From Yuukianura sp. NJ FZ-2021 (taxonomy: Eukaryota), in NCBI GenBank assembly GCA_046563655.1, contig CM102285.1, positions 1-64,000 of the forward strand: a DNA stretch of 64,000 nt. Direction: 5' to 3'. A program made the position numbers and the translations under genes. This document shows, one piece after another, positions 22,674 through 36,100 of the stretch. How positions within the stretch are numbered: position 1 is the stretch's first letter; the number at the start of each line of letters is the position of its first letter. The notes below the pieces were generated by a model. That model made no database searches. It saw only the letters and a list, made by a program, of their open reading frames with translations, and was not told the origin of the DNA.

Positions 22674-25600
22674 ATGAAGCTTTTGTTTCATTTTGTGACG
22701 CTGTGTCTCCTGGTGTCCTCTGTGTTACCAGACAATGAAACTTCAAATCCTCGCACGCGATTGCGTAGGCCAAGCAAACGCTTTCCCGTATCCACCACTT
22801 CTGCACCAAAATCAGCCGAAAAGTCACCCCCCACTACGCGATCTCGCTTTCGGCTGAAAACGACAACCACGGCCAAGAGTGCGACCAAGGCAGCTGTGTT
22901 GGACCTAGCTGACCAAGAACCAGCTGGATCCATCGCAGCTAGCCGCACTGTACAAAGTAGGGTCAAACCGGCTGGGAAATTGCGTGACCCCACGCCATCT
23001 AGCGGCGGAAGTGGAAAAGACTACAAGCTGGTTTGCTACTACACGAACTGGTCGCAGTATCGCCCTAAAATCGGCAAGTTTTTGCCGGAGGACATTCCAG
23101 CTGACCTCTGCACTCATGTCATCTTTGCGTTCGGCTGGATGAAGAAGGGCAAACTAAGTTCGTTTGAGGGAGGAGACGAAACGAAAGACGGAAAACCCGG
23201 GTTTTATGAGCGGGTCAACAACCTCAAGAAGGTCAACCCCAAGCTCAAAACTCTCCTGGCCATCGGTAACTTTTAAGTTTTAGCGGTTTTTTGAACAAAT
23301 TGTCTCTTAAATTTTGTTAAATACTTGTTTTTTTTAAATTAACATTTTTTTTTGGAAATTTCAAGGTGGCTGGTCTTTCGGAACTGCTAAATTCAAAGAA
23401 ATGGCGGCAACACGCTACACGCGTCAAACTTTTATTTTTTCCGCCATTCCGTACCTGAGAGAACGGAACTTCGATGGGCTGGACATGGACTGGGAGTATC
23501 CCAAGGGAGTAGACGACAAGAAAAACTTTGCTTTACTCCTCAAAGGTAATAGTTTAAAATATTTCATTTTTAATTAAATATATATAAAATATTACATTTT
23601 TAATTAAAATGTATAAAATATTATATTTTTTCTTGTAGAACTAATGGAAGCATTCACGGCTGAAGCAGAAGAGACGAATCAACCACGCCTTTTGCTCACC
23701 GCCGCGGTGCCTGTTGGTCCAGATTCCATTCGCGGTGGGTACGACGTTCCAGCCGTCAGCGACAACCTCGATTTCATCAACCTCATGGCTTACGATTTCC
23801 ACGGAAAATGGGAGTCACAGGCCGTAAAGTTCAAACTTTCAAAAAGAACATAAAATTTTGAAATTGAATTTGTGGAAATTCTTTGAAATTTTTGGAAATT
23901 TTCTGTTCCCAGGGTCACAACGCCCCGCTGTTCGCTCCCTCTTCCGACTCGGAGTGGCGAAAACAGCTGAGTGTTGAGAACGCGGCTAAAACTTGGGTTA
24001 AGCTTGGTGCAGACAAGAGTAAACTTGTGATCGGAATGCCGACGTATGGAAGATCCTTCCAGCTGAGCGACAAGTCCAACTACAGTGTGAATGTTGCCAC
24101 CAAAGGCGGTGGTACTGCTGGAATCTACACAAAGGAGGGTGGGTTCTTGGCCTATTACGAGATCTGCGAAATACTGGAGTCGGACGGGGCTATTTACGTG
24201 TGGGACGATGAGATGAAGGTGCCTTACTTGGTCTCAGATGACCAGTGGGTGGGGTTTGACGACGAGAGAGCCATCAGGAACAAGATGAGGTGGCTCAAGG
24301 GAGAGGGCTACGCAGGCGCCATGGTGTGGTCCATTGACATGGACGACTTCAAGGGAGCAGCTTGTCCGGGCAAGGTCAAGTACCCACTCATAGGAGCCAT
24401 GAGGTACGTCTAAGTCATTAGGGAAAAAAATTCCCGCCAAAAATTTTCAAAAAAAGTGGAGTAAACTATTTATGTGACTTTGTCCGTCTGTCTGTCTGTA
24501 TTTTCATGAATAGTGACATAATTTGTGAACATCACTGAACTTTATTTTATTTGACTTATTTTTGTATATAAATATATTTTATTATGTAAATTAATATATT
24601 TTTATTCCTTAGAGAAGAACTGCATGGAGTTAAGCGTAGTGGGAATGACGTGGACTGGTCGCAAGTAGCTGCGACGCCAGATGACTTAGAGGAGGAGGAG
24701 TCTCCATCTAAACCAGAGCCACAAAGTATTGATCCACTGGAACTCCTAGCAGCAGCCAAGAAAAAGAAGAAAACACCTATCAAACTACTCGTTCCACAAG
24801 AAACCAAAAGTACATGACCTACTTAACATGTTGAACCATTGAGGTCATTGACCTTTGACCTTTCAATTTTGACCGTTGACCTCTATTCATTTACAGCTCG
24901 ACCTCCAGCTGTCATGTGCTTCATTTCACATGCTGCTGGAAAACGCAGAGGAAAGGGAAAGTTTGACATCCAGTCAGTAGATGCCAAGAAATGCACCCAT
25001 ATTGTCTATGCCTCTGCTTATTTAAAAGTAATTACAAGTAATTCAAAGTAATTACTGGTAGTAATTAGTGTAATTTTTAAAATACTTTGTTCCAGGGTAA
25101 TAAGTTAACCCCTATTGACCCGAGTGACCTTGATGAAGACACGGGTACGTATGCTCTACTGCAGAAATTGAGAGATGTGAACCCAGAGGTCAAACTGATT
25201 TTGAGTTTGAGCGGAGAGGGCAAGGGGTCAAAAGCATTTCAAACTTTGACCTCCAATGTCTACCGAATGAACAACTTTGTATACGCAACGACAGAATTCC
25301 TAAGAGAACACAACTTTGATGGAATAGACATTGACTGGGAGTTTCCGAAGTAATAACTCTTTAATTTACAATTACTGGAAGTAATTAGGTAATTACAGTT
25401 ACTTTGAACTTTTAATTTTAGAGGAACTAATGAAAAAGAGGCTCATCTGAATTTAGTCAAAGAACTTCGACTTTCTTTTGAAGGCGAAACAAAAACTAGC
25501 AAACTGAGTCGACTTCTGCTCACACTCAGAGTTCCAGCTATGGAGGACGCCATTTTGAATGGGTATGAACTACATGAGTAATTATCTAATTACTTGTAAT

Positions 25601-27123
25601 TACTATAAACTACTTTAATCATGTAATTACTTGTAATTACCATGAACTACTTTGTAATTACGTGCGAATTACTTCTTCTAGATACGAACCAGCAGAACTA
25701 GCTCAGTTTGTGGACTACTTTAACATTATGACCTTTGACCTACACGGTGGGTGGGAGTCAGAGATTGGGCACAACTCACCGCTTCATCCAATTGAATCAG
25801 CATCTCCAGATTTAAAAAAACAGACAGTTTCACATGGAGCGAACGTTTGGATGAGCGAAGGAGTTCCCGCCGAAAAAGTGGTCATTGGAATGCCCACCTA
25901 CGGAAGAACGTTTACGCTGGAAAATGAAGAGAAGTTTGACATTGGTGCTGGAGCCAAGGGGCCTGGAACGCAAGGACGCTGGACTCTGCAAGAAGGTTTT
26001 CTGGCCTACTACGAAGTAAGAGCTTCGCTTTTCCTTTTTCTCACGTTTTCTGCAGAAAACAAAAACGTTTTCTAATTTTTATGCAGGAAAAAACCATTTT
26101 ATAATTTTTATGAAGGAAAAAAACCATTTTATAATTTTTATGAAGGAAAAAACCATTTTATAATTTTTATGCAGAAAAAAATGTTTCTGATTTCTCTGTT
26201 TTCTGATTTCTCTGGAGAAAAAACGAATTCTGAATTTCTGAGTTTTCCGCTGAAAAAAAAAACGTTTTCTGATTTTCATGCACCACAAAATAACGTTTTC
26301 TGATTCTTCTGCAGAAACAACGTTTTGTGTTGTGTTATTGCGTCGTTGCAGAGAAACGTTTCTTGGGTTTTCATGTTCTGTTTCGACGTTTCTCTGTCGA
26401 TTTTTTTTGTTTCTGCAACGTTTCTTCAACGTTTTCAAGACTTTTAATATTGCATGTCGTAGGTTTGTGACTTCCTGCAACTGCCTAACTCCACGTTGGT
26501 GTGGGACAACGAACAGAGCGTTCCCTTTGCATACAACGGAGATCAGTGGGTTGGATTCGACGATGAACGATCACTCAAAGCAAAGGTTTGAACTTTGACC
26601 TCAAAATTCAAAATTCGAAATTTTGGAAAAGTTTTTGAAAACTATTTTTTAGACTGAATGGCTGAAATCAGAGTCCTTAGGAGGTGTGATGCTGTGGTCA
26701 CTGGACACTGACGACTTTCCCAACGCCTGCGGCAATGGAAATTTCCCGCTTCTGGCTTCTGTTGTTGAAGAACTGGGTGATTACAAGGTCAAGCTGGAGT
26801 ATAAGGGCCCCTATGAGGGCTCAGGCGCTGGGGGGTCAAAGGGCAAGAAAGATCGTGAGTTTTCGAAATTTCGAAACTATTTTTGACTTTTTTCAAAATT
26901 TTGACCTTTGACCTTAGCTAACGAAGTGACGTGTGAGGAGGAGGATGGTCACATTTCGTATCACCCTGACAAGGGCGACTGCTCGAAGTACTTCATGTGT
27001 GAGGGAGAAAGGAAGCATCACATGCCTTGTCCAGCCAATCTCGTCTTCAATCCAGACCAAAACGTTTGTGATTGGCTGGAAAACGTCGAGAGTTGTAAAG
27101 ATTCTGCTGCTGCCAAGACGTAG
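22674..27123 (+). CDS. Cht7: Group III (Cht7-type) chitinase: signal peptide, two GH18 domains, C-terminal CBM14
   Basis: About 12 coding exons. Domain 1: VCYYTNWSQYR, LAIGGW, FDGLDMDWEYP, MAYDFHG, GAMVWSIDMDDF. Domain 2: FDGIDIDWEFP, MTFDLHG, WSLDTDDF. CBM14: CEEEDGHISYHPDKGDCSKYFMCEGERKHHMPCPANLVFNPDQNVCDW. Confidence 0.93.
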
Positions 27124-29423
27124 ACCGTAATCCATTAGGTTTAGGCTAAACTTTAGTTTTTTTTAGGCTAAAGTGAGGTTTTTAGAAAAACTAAGCAACT
27201 CGTGCGAAAAGTATTGTAAATAACAGCCGTTTTGAATTTTTTTAAATTTTAAATTTTCCCAATGCTGGAATTTCTGGCGCTCCGAGAGCGTAACTCCACG
27301 TATTTAATTTTGTGATACTCTGTACTTTCCAGCCACTCAAAAGGCTCTTCAGCCATTTCGTGTAAATAAAATCAAATTACGAAAAATTTTCGGGGGTGAA
27401 ATTTAAACTCCTAAAGGTCGAATATGTTCATAACTTTTGTGATTTGGCGCTTTTTTGAGTTTGAGATGGTAATCTGAGTAAGATTAAGGCTGATTAACGT
27501 TGATTAAAATGTGAAGTGGATTACAGTCATGAAAAGAAAAAGCGGGAGGAGGGAGGTGATTTCAGTTTGTAAATTTGTGTTTTGTGACAAGGAGAAAGTG
27601 AGTGGGCTTCATTTCCTTCGGTTACAAGCAACTTCTTTCCTCTAAAAGCCAACTTTAGAAGTACAACATTAGCAACAATTTTCAAAAACGTAAAACAAAA
27701 AGTTCTTACTTCCAAATTTTTTTTATTCCGGTCAACCCCTGTCTGCCTTCTCTTTCCAAAGCGGAAAAAACGTTGAAAAATCGTCGATTTCCTACCGTTT
27801 TCTAACAAATAAGCAAAAAAATTGTTGATTTCACCTCTTTTTCATATAAAACGATGAAAAAACGTCGACTTCTTTTCCTTTTCTACCAAAACGTTGAAAA
27901 ATCGTAATCGGAAGTATATGTTTCTCTAACAAAATATAAGAAATGGTCGAAAATTGAACTTTCGCTATGTTTCAAAAGCTGTGTGTGACTCTGTACTTTG
28001 ACAGAACGACTAAAGAGTTTTTTTTGTGGAGAAAGTGGAGGATGGATTTGGTGGGAGTCTTTTGTTCGTAAGTTTGTGATTTCTGGACGGTGGGGCGCCG
28101 TGGGTTGATCGACCAGAAGGAGAGTCTTAGGCCGCATGCTTTCTACTTTCACTCTCCGCAACACAAAACTTCACAAGCATCCAACAAAATACTTGAGCTG
28201 ATGCTGGAGAAAGCAGCTTGGCTTCAACAGGAGCTAGGGAGGTTAGTGGAGAAATGGAAATAGCCAAATTTAGAACACAACCAAACATGGCTTCAAAAAA
28301 AACACTTTTCAAAAACTAAAAAAAAAACGAAAATTTGACAGGAAAGTTATACTGTTCCAATTTGTGAAAAATGAATTTGGAAAATAGGGTTTACATACTT
28401 GGCATGAATGGCGCTTGAATAGATTTTTTTAAACAGAATTTGAAATGTTTTTGATTAAAATTATTTTCTATATAGTTTTCTAAACTTTCTGCTCTTAAGT
28501 CCACCCACCCCGCCCCCAAACGGAAGTCCCCCACTTCCCTTTATTGACTCGAGGGGTGGGTTGGGGTGGGTGGGGGTGTGATTTGTGTAATTAGCCACGG
28601 TGGGTAATGGGTGGGACTTTGGTGGGTGTAAGCCACCAAGGAAAGAGAGACAAGCCACTCATTAACAATTATTTCACTCAAGTCTTTGACTTTCTCCGTC
28701 TCAAAAGTCAGCACAAAGAAAACTTTAAACTTTCCCTCCACTTTCACTCTTCTTCCTTCACTTTTCAGTTTCCAAAAAACTTTCTCACTTCAAAAACAAA
28801 AATAAAATTTGAAACTCCGTCTTCAAATTTCTAGTTATAAAAGTCAAAAGCATGCTCTCTCAAAAATTGACTTTTCAAAACTCAGAATCCACGAAAAGAA
28901 AACGAAAAATAAAAAAAATGAAAAATCGTAGCAAGATTTTGAAACAGAAATAAAAAAGTTCTAAAATTTTGAAACTCTGAAGTGGATTAACACTGCGGTG
29001 AATCTTGATAGGCAAAATGAGGCTGAGTGAGCAGAATTTGAAAAAGTGGAAAACTGCAACGCAATTTCAACTTGTTTTTTGAAAACTTTTGGATTTAGGA
29101 AGCGAATGAGTTTTGAAAAGCCAAAAAGTTTGAAATTCAAATGAGCCTGCGGGAATGAAAGTCCGAGTTCCAATTCTGAAAGACAAAGATCAAAAGAAAG
29201 TGTGAAAACAGTTCTCAAAATAATTTTCTCATGACACCTCGAGAGATGGAACTTTTGAAAAAGATGAGGCGGCAACATTTAAATCGTCCACATGCACAAA
29301 CTTATGCCGCAATTCATGAAACCTCAAACATTTGGAACAAGTTGAGATTTGAATAATTCTGGACAGGTTTGTAATTCCGTCCTCTGGGAAGAAAAGTGAT
29401 GAATTAATCACTTTCTTCACACC

Positions 29424-29628
29424 TATAAAACCCACTTCCCACCCTCCCTCTTCCACCATTCAGCGTTCAACTAACAATTTCAGCGCCAAAAAGCCTCAAA
29501 TCTTGAAATTTTCAATTTTCAAAACAACAGGCAATTTGCAGAACCAATCAGAATCAAGCACAGCTCCAGCCGGCCAATCAGAAGCGATTTCAGGTCCAGT
29601 CAGCCAATCAGAGTAAAGCGCGCCAAAA
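29424..29628 (+). promoter_or_regulatory. TATA box plus three CCAAT boxes upstream of the ACP ATG
   Basis: TATAAAA at 29424-29430. CCAATCAGA at 29544, 29574 and 29604 (exact 30-bp period). GCGCGCCAAAA at 29618-29628. Confidence 0.5.
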
Positions 29629-29639
29629 ACGTTTTAAAA

Positions 29640-30174
29640 ATGAACCGATTTCTTCTGCTCCTGTTTATTTTCCAAACGTCGCTGGTCGTAGCATTGGCAC
29701 AGGTTAGTCAATAGAAATTTACAACTGAAAACTTAAAATGCAAAAAATTAAGTGATTTAATAGTGAATTTTAAATTTTTTCTTTTTTTACATTTTGGTGT
29801 TCAAAGATTACGTTCACACGAGAGTGGGTAACCGGAAAGAGAGCAGCGGCAACCAACGCTATTTTCCATCGCAGAGAACCCTGCGTTAGTTTCATGCCAA
29901 CAATCGAACTGTTGATGGACGTAAGCGAAAACTAAAATTTAGCTATTAAAATGTTTATATTTTATTGCTTTTTAAGTTTTTACATTTTAATTAATAAAAT
30001 GTATGAAATTATATAAAATTTTTTCAGATTGAGGAAATGCAACGTCGCGAGTGTGGCGGTGGAGTAAAATTTGCTGTTATCAAACCGTTCCAGAATGGCC
30101 ACTCTTCCGACGGTGTTGCCGATTTGCATGTCAAAGTTGAAGATGAACCGGGCACTTTTGCCTCCAAAATTTAG
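29640..30174 (+). CDS. ACP: AKH/corazonin-related peptide (ACP) preprohormone, 107 aa
   Basis: Exons 29640-29702, 29807-29920, 30028-30174 (all phase 0). Signal peptide MNRFLLLLFIFQTSLVVALA, then QITFTREWVT-G-KR, then an associated peptide with two Cys. Matches the Q-x-T-F-x-R-x-W pattern of ACP. Confidence 0.88.
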
Positions 30175-33100
30175 ATTTTCAAAATTTCAATTCTATTCAT
30201 TTCTGCTTTCGATTTCCCAAGAACAACATCACAAAAAGAAAACAATCTGAAATAAAATATACTAATAATAACAGAATTTCGAAATCCCCCCCCCCGTCAT
30301 CATGTGACGTAACTTGTGAACCTAAATCATAATTTATTGCTAAAAAAAATCATTGAAGGTTGTGAAAAAAGTTGTGACTGGGCAAATTAGCGCCAATTTG
30401 AAATCACAACTTACTTAGCACTTTTATAATGGATTGCGGTTTAGTTCATGACCTGCCACCACACACGACATGACGCAAAGTACGCCTCCAAAAACAAAGT
30501 GTCAGGCGCAGTCGCACACGCCTTACGTAACTCCTTGGCTAATTTTCGCGCCTCTCTTGCGAAATTTCAAATTTCATTGTTGAGAGGAGGGAAAATTCAA
30601 AATGATTAATTTTGAAGTTAGGAGAGAAAGGGGGAGATACGGAAGAAGAAGGAGGTCTTTGCTCCTCATGCCCTAATTACTCCCAACAATGAGCCCATGG
30701 GCACCCCCCCCCCCCACCCAGAGGGGGGGGGTCTCTTGAAGTGGAGGACAACAATGGAGACTCAAAAACTGAGAAGAGACTCATCCACTTGGTATAATTA
30801 GACCCATCAAGACGTCTTCTCCTTCCGTCATCCCCCCCCCCATCAAATGACATTTGAAAAACTTCCCGCGGCGGGAAAATTCAAAAGTTAAAGCGAGGGT
30901 CAGTGACCTCTGTTGTCGATGAGTGCAAGTATCTCTGTCCGTTTAGTCTAGAAAAAGGAACAAGAGCATAAATTCCAATTTCAAAAATGAAGAATGAGGA
31001 GAGGAAGAAGTTGAAAAAACGAGTTTTTTTTTGTTTTTGAAAAAGTTGATACCTGATGCCGTGGAAGTAGAGAGGACCGTTGCCATTGTTCTGTCTGTTG
31101 CATATTTGTTTCTCTGCGTGTCGGAGGCGTGGTCAGGGCGGTCACGGTCTGGACTTTTCACATTTTTCTGCAAACAGAATTGTGAATAACAATTAGACTC
31201 CTAACCATTTTCATCACCCATGTAATTTAAGGAGTACCTCAACTTTTCAAGTGACAAAAGTTCCCACGATACGCCATTTTCAAATTTCTCAAAATTCAAA
31301 TTCTCCCGCACTCCCAAAATCCAAAATCACACCTTCCACATATCTCTAAACACAAAAGTATAAAATTTTAAACCCAGTTTCACAAAGCACAAAGCAGAAA
31401 CCATAAAATCACCAAAAAAATCTTAAACGTTCACAAATTACGCCACCAAAATGGGGGTGGTGGAGAGGGGTGATAAACATTGTTAATCTTTTGCATTGCT
31501 GTTAAGCCTGTTGCTGTTGCATGTGATCGTTTTCTACTTGACATCTGCTCTTCCCCACACGTCATACACTTAACTTTTTTTGAGGTGAGTAGGTGGAAGG
31601 GTGAATTTTGTTGACGTAATTTGCACCAAACCGCGTACAAAAGCGTTAAAATACAATTTTTTGTGCTTTGTAGATACTACTTAACCTTGTCCTTTCGATA
31701 TCCTTTTCTGTTGGTTCAGAAGCATTTGTACCCCAGTAACTAAAAGTGTAGCTGCTGGTTCGAATCCCCTTCTGCCTCTTTTTTCTTTGAGAGTTGAGAG
31801 GCCCAATTCCATGATTTGAGACAAAGTAGAAGTTGTTGCTAAATATACAAATAGGTTAGATTTTGGTAAGTCATAAGTCATGAAGGTGACACTCGACAGA
31901 GTTGCTGAGGTACCAACAAGCGGAATGACGCGTGATATGCCTCGTCATGATTCCGATGCTTAATTTGGCAAGAGTGACGAAGGATCCATCGGAAGGTGTC
32001 CTGAACTACCGATGTCAATTGCCAAGTTTGAAGTGCTTAAGATGGCCAGGGTCCCACTTTCCATTCGTATCCTGGAGGGGACTTAAGGACAGACGGACTT
32101 CTGGACGCATTCCACTCGCAGTTTCCTCGGCATGTGGTTCAATCCCAGGTCATGTTCCTTTCGTGAGTGTTGAGAGTCCTATGGTCTGCCGTTCCTTGTC
32201 ATGTGAGTGCTGGATATCCTTGTTCGGGATGTTGGAGAGATGAGAGAGGAGGCGGGTAGCAGTGGCCATCATCACCCGAACAACATCCCGTGTCCCAAAG
32301 TATATCCGACTCTTCCCATCCCATCATCATAACTCAAACTCCATTTCACGAGCTACTCACTCGATCTCAACCCCGCCTGCCCAAATCTCCAACCTATCCA
32401 CAACACAACCAAAATAAACCTTTACAACCAGAGACACATATACACAAACAGGGCCGGATTCATAACATTCTATAACTTACGATTAATCCATTACTAAACA
32501 GAAGGAATCACAGATCATACGGTGTGAAGCGATTACCCTTATTTCTTCCCAGAAAGCCACCTTTTCATGCCTGCAAATCCAAAAACAAAGTTATTCCAGA
32601 ATTTGTTAATTGTTAATTAGTGCCAGAATGTCAATTAATTGATAATTCACTTACTAATTTAACTGCTTAATTTAATTTTTAATTAAATCTGCAATCAGTG
32701 TCAAATCAAAACAAAAGTTTGACATTTGAGGAATGCAAAATGGATTTTGGGTTTTGAATTTCGCCAATGACAAAACCAATTAACTCCATTTGGCAAAATG
32801 CAAAACGGCAAATACAATCCTAGGCAAAACAATGTTTTTCTAATGTATTTAGAAATAGTAAACCATTTTAAATTGTAATTCAATTATTTTTACTTAATTT
32901 TAATTGTTACTCATTTGCTTTGCACAGTTAGAAATCTGCGGTATTTTTAGAAGAACATTTAAAGCTGAATTTTAATTTGCAGTTTTGCAATTTCTACATC
33001 CATATTTGCAGTTTTGGAAGAAAAATCTATCAATGGCAATTGCAATTGCCATTCATTTTGCCTTTGTTTACATTTTTGAATTTCGCGGTTCTACAGTCAC

Positions 33101-36100
33101 GTGACTTCCTGTCATTTGCTTTGTTTTTGCCGTCCATTCTCTGCATTCATTGTTCGTTCAACTTTAGTCATCAATCAAGTATTAATGGTCCGATTAATTG
33201 ATTGGTCATAAATTAATCTATTAATTGATGCATGTAGAAGCGGTAAGTACATCTCATTTCTCTCCTTAACAATCATATGTTAAAGCTTACTTTGCGTTTC
33301 TTGGTTAGGTACGTGTCAAGAAGTGGGACGTTGGATCTGTACCGTATCAAGAATTTAACGTCGTCCGTCTGTCGTTTTCATATTCATCTTGTAACGTTGC
33401 CGGCCCTGCTCCTTTGCTTCGTCACCGTAAGCCCGGTGTATCATCGTTTCCTTTTTGTGGCTCATGTACCCGTACACTTCCATCCTCAATCTATTCTTCC
33501 CGTAAACCTCTTCATACTTTTTTGTTATACAGGAACGGAAGAATAGGATAACGGGGACTATACTTCCCAGAGACTTCGGCACATTCATCGCGGGACATTC
33601 ATCGCACAGGATTCCACCAACCACCCACCATCCTCTGAGCCACCCTCTCCCACCATTGAACATACTTCAAACATATACTGCCAACACATAGCCCATTCCA
33701 ACATAACCTATGAACAAGAACTCAACTGGGCAGGAGGGATAGCAAGTCACATTAGGGAGGAAGATTCCGTCGACAGGCCCCGAGTAGAAGTCATAGCCTC
33801 CTTGTGCCAAATGCTGCCAAGTACATACTAGTAGTGAGGTTGGATGTAAAAAACGTGAGAGTGAGGAGTATGCCCAGAAGAGACACGCGGAGAGCTATAG
33901 AGTTGAGAGTGGGACGAGGGCTTAGGTCGGTGGTTCATTCGACGGGACAAGTTGGACCAGAGTCCTCGTCATACTCTTGGCTCCTCCACTGTTTAGGGAA
34001 ATAGTCACACTCTCACTTGTTTACATCTTCTCATAAACTCAAATCACTTTTTAATCAACACTCTTCTTCAGGTTCTTGGTGACATTGGACCAGTGACTCC
34101 TCCACAACACTCTGACCAAGTCACAATTCCACTCGGACCATCAAAATTAAACTTCAGTCAGGCGTGAAAGTGAGACAAAAGAAGGCTAATCTGACAGTCA
34201 AACGTTTATTTGTGCAAATTTTCGTTTTTTTTACACTTCCAGTGCGTGAGAAAAACTCATGTCGGGATTAACTCTCTTGTCACCTTCCACAAAATCCAAA
34301 TCTTCATCATCAAACTACGTTAACCTCCAATTAATCAAATTCTTCAATTAATCAGATTCTTCAATTAATCGGCATCTTCGACTAATCGGACTCTTCAATT
34401 AATCTAAGTCTTGGACAAGTAAGCTCAACAGTTACTTTTTGTAATCATCATTTTTATTGACATTTATGACTAATCATGAGATGTGTCACGCAGCAACACA
34501 GTTTTTGCTAAACAGTGTGCGCATGCGTAGAAAGTAGTGGACAATCACGGCGTTAGTGAAACTGCGCATGTGCAAGCAACCCCATCATGCGCAGAAGCAG
34601 TAACGTCGTGATTTTATGGCAGTCGACGCCAGCTTTTCCAAAGTACAAGTGCATTTTTTAAACTTTGGTTTGTGAATTGAGAAACTTTTGAACTTTGTGG
34701 TTTCGTAGATTTGTCGCAAGTGCGGTTATTTTGTAAGTTTTTTATGAAAGTTTTTTTTTTGATTTTTTTTTTTTGAAAATTGTGAGCATGAGTGAATGGT
34801 TTGTTACTTTTGGTGGAGGAAAAAGCCACAAGTTGGCCATAAACAGTTAATTTTGTGCATAACGCTCCTCTTCCGTTCCTTCTGCTTAGATGCTGTTGAA
34901 TTTTTGACATTTGGAGGGAGAGTTTAAAAAGCGAAAGTTATGGACACAAAAAACGGGAGTAACTATTGAGAAGCATAAGGTTGGCTGAGGTGATTGGAAC
35001 CTTGAAGTTATGATTTCTATGTGGTCGTGTTGAGCTCAAAATATAAACCAAAATTTCATTTCATTTTTCATTTTCATTTTACAACTTTACTACCAAAAGT
35101 CTAGAATTTCTGACAAGCCTTAATCTTAATCCGAAAGCTTTAGAAATCCAACCTTATTTTTGAAGATTTACTCAAAATCTTTGGAACATTTTAAAAAGTT
35201 AACATTTTGTTGTATGACTTTGTTTGAATTACATGAAATACCTTTCAAATTCTGAAATTTTTAATTTTTTAAAAGTTTTTAGCGAATGTAATGAAATATT
35301 TTTTATTGTAGTTTGAGCAAGCAAACAAATATTTTTGCGTTGGTTGAAACTGAGATGGCGTCTTTGTATGTAAAAACGTTCGTGCTGCGCGTGCTCACCT
35401 TTACTATGCATGGATAATATTTGAACTCGTGCGCAGAATTAAGTTAATATGCACATACGTTATGGTTTACATTTGTTTTTATGTAGATCTCACTCCTTTC
35501 TGTTCAGTTTGTGTAGTGTCACTTCACTTGGCGTCCCGTTTCTACGTTTACATTCCCTCAAAGTGTGCCCTCCCGATGAAGCACAACCAATGAAAGCTCT
35601 TTGTTTTCTGGTCTATGCAATTACCGTAAAACTTCTCATGAAGGCCAGCCTCCAACAAAGTGCCGCAATTATTAGGAAAATTCCCAAAAAGCTAGAAATT
35701 TAAAATGAAATTTAGAGTATAGTATAAGGAAAATTCCAAATTTCCAAAAGCTAGAAATTTAATATAAAATTTAGAGTAAGCTATAAATTTAGTAGGAAAT
35801 TTAGAGTATAATCTAGAGTACTACGACGGGGCTTAAAGTTGTGATGTTTAAAAACGCCCGGGGGTTTATTAGAAGTTTCACGGTAACGTGAGCCCACGAT
35901 GGAATCGAAAAGAGTCTAAACTTTAGAGTTTCGTTTGACACTGAGGAATGTTCGGATGGCGATGGATCTGGGACCAGTTTCACTCCTCTGATTTAGTCCT
36001 GATAATCACCCAAACACATTCCTCCATTCACCATCTCCTCGTTCGGGACACTTCACTTTAAACCAGAAGGAGACTTGGACGTTTTGTTTCCTTTTAAAGG

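Noticed and set aside
27883-31173. Minus-strand spliced gene spanning ACP (exon-like blocks at ~31053-31167, ~30909-30948, ~28127-28234)
   Set aside because: Splice signals are plausible but the joined peptide is short, unrecognisable or stops at once. It cannot be supported without RNA data.
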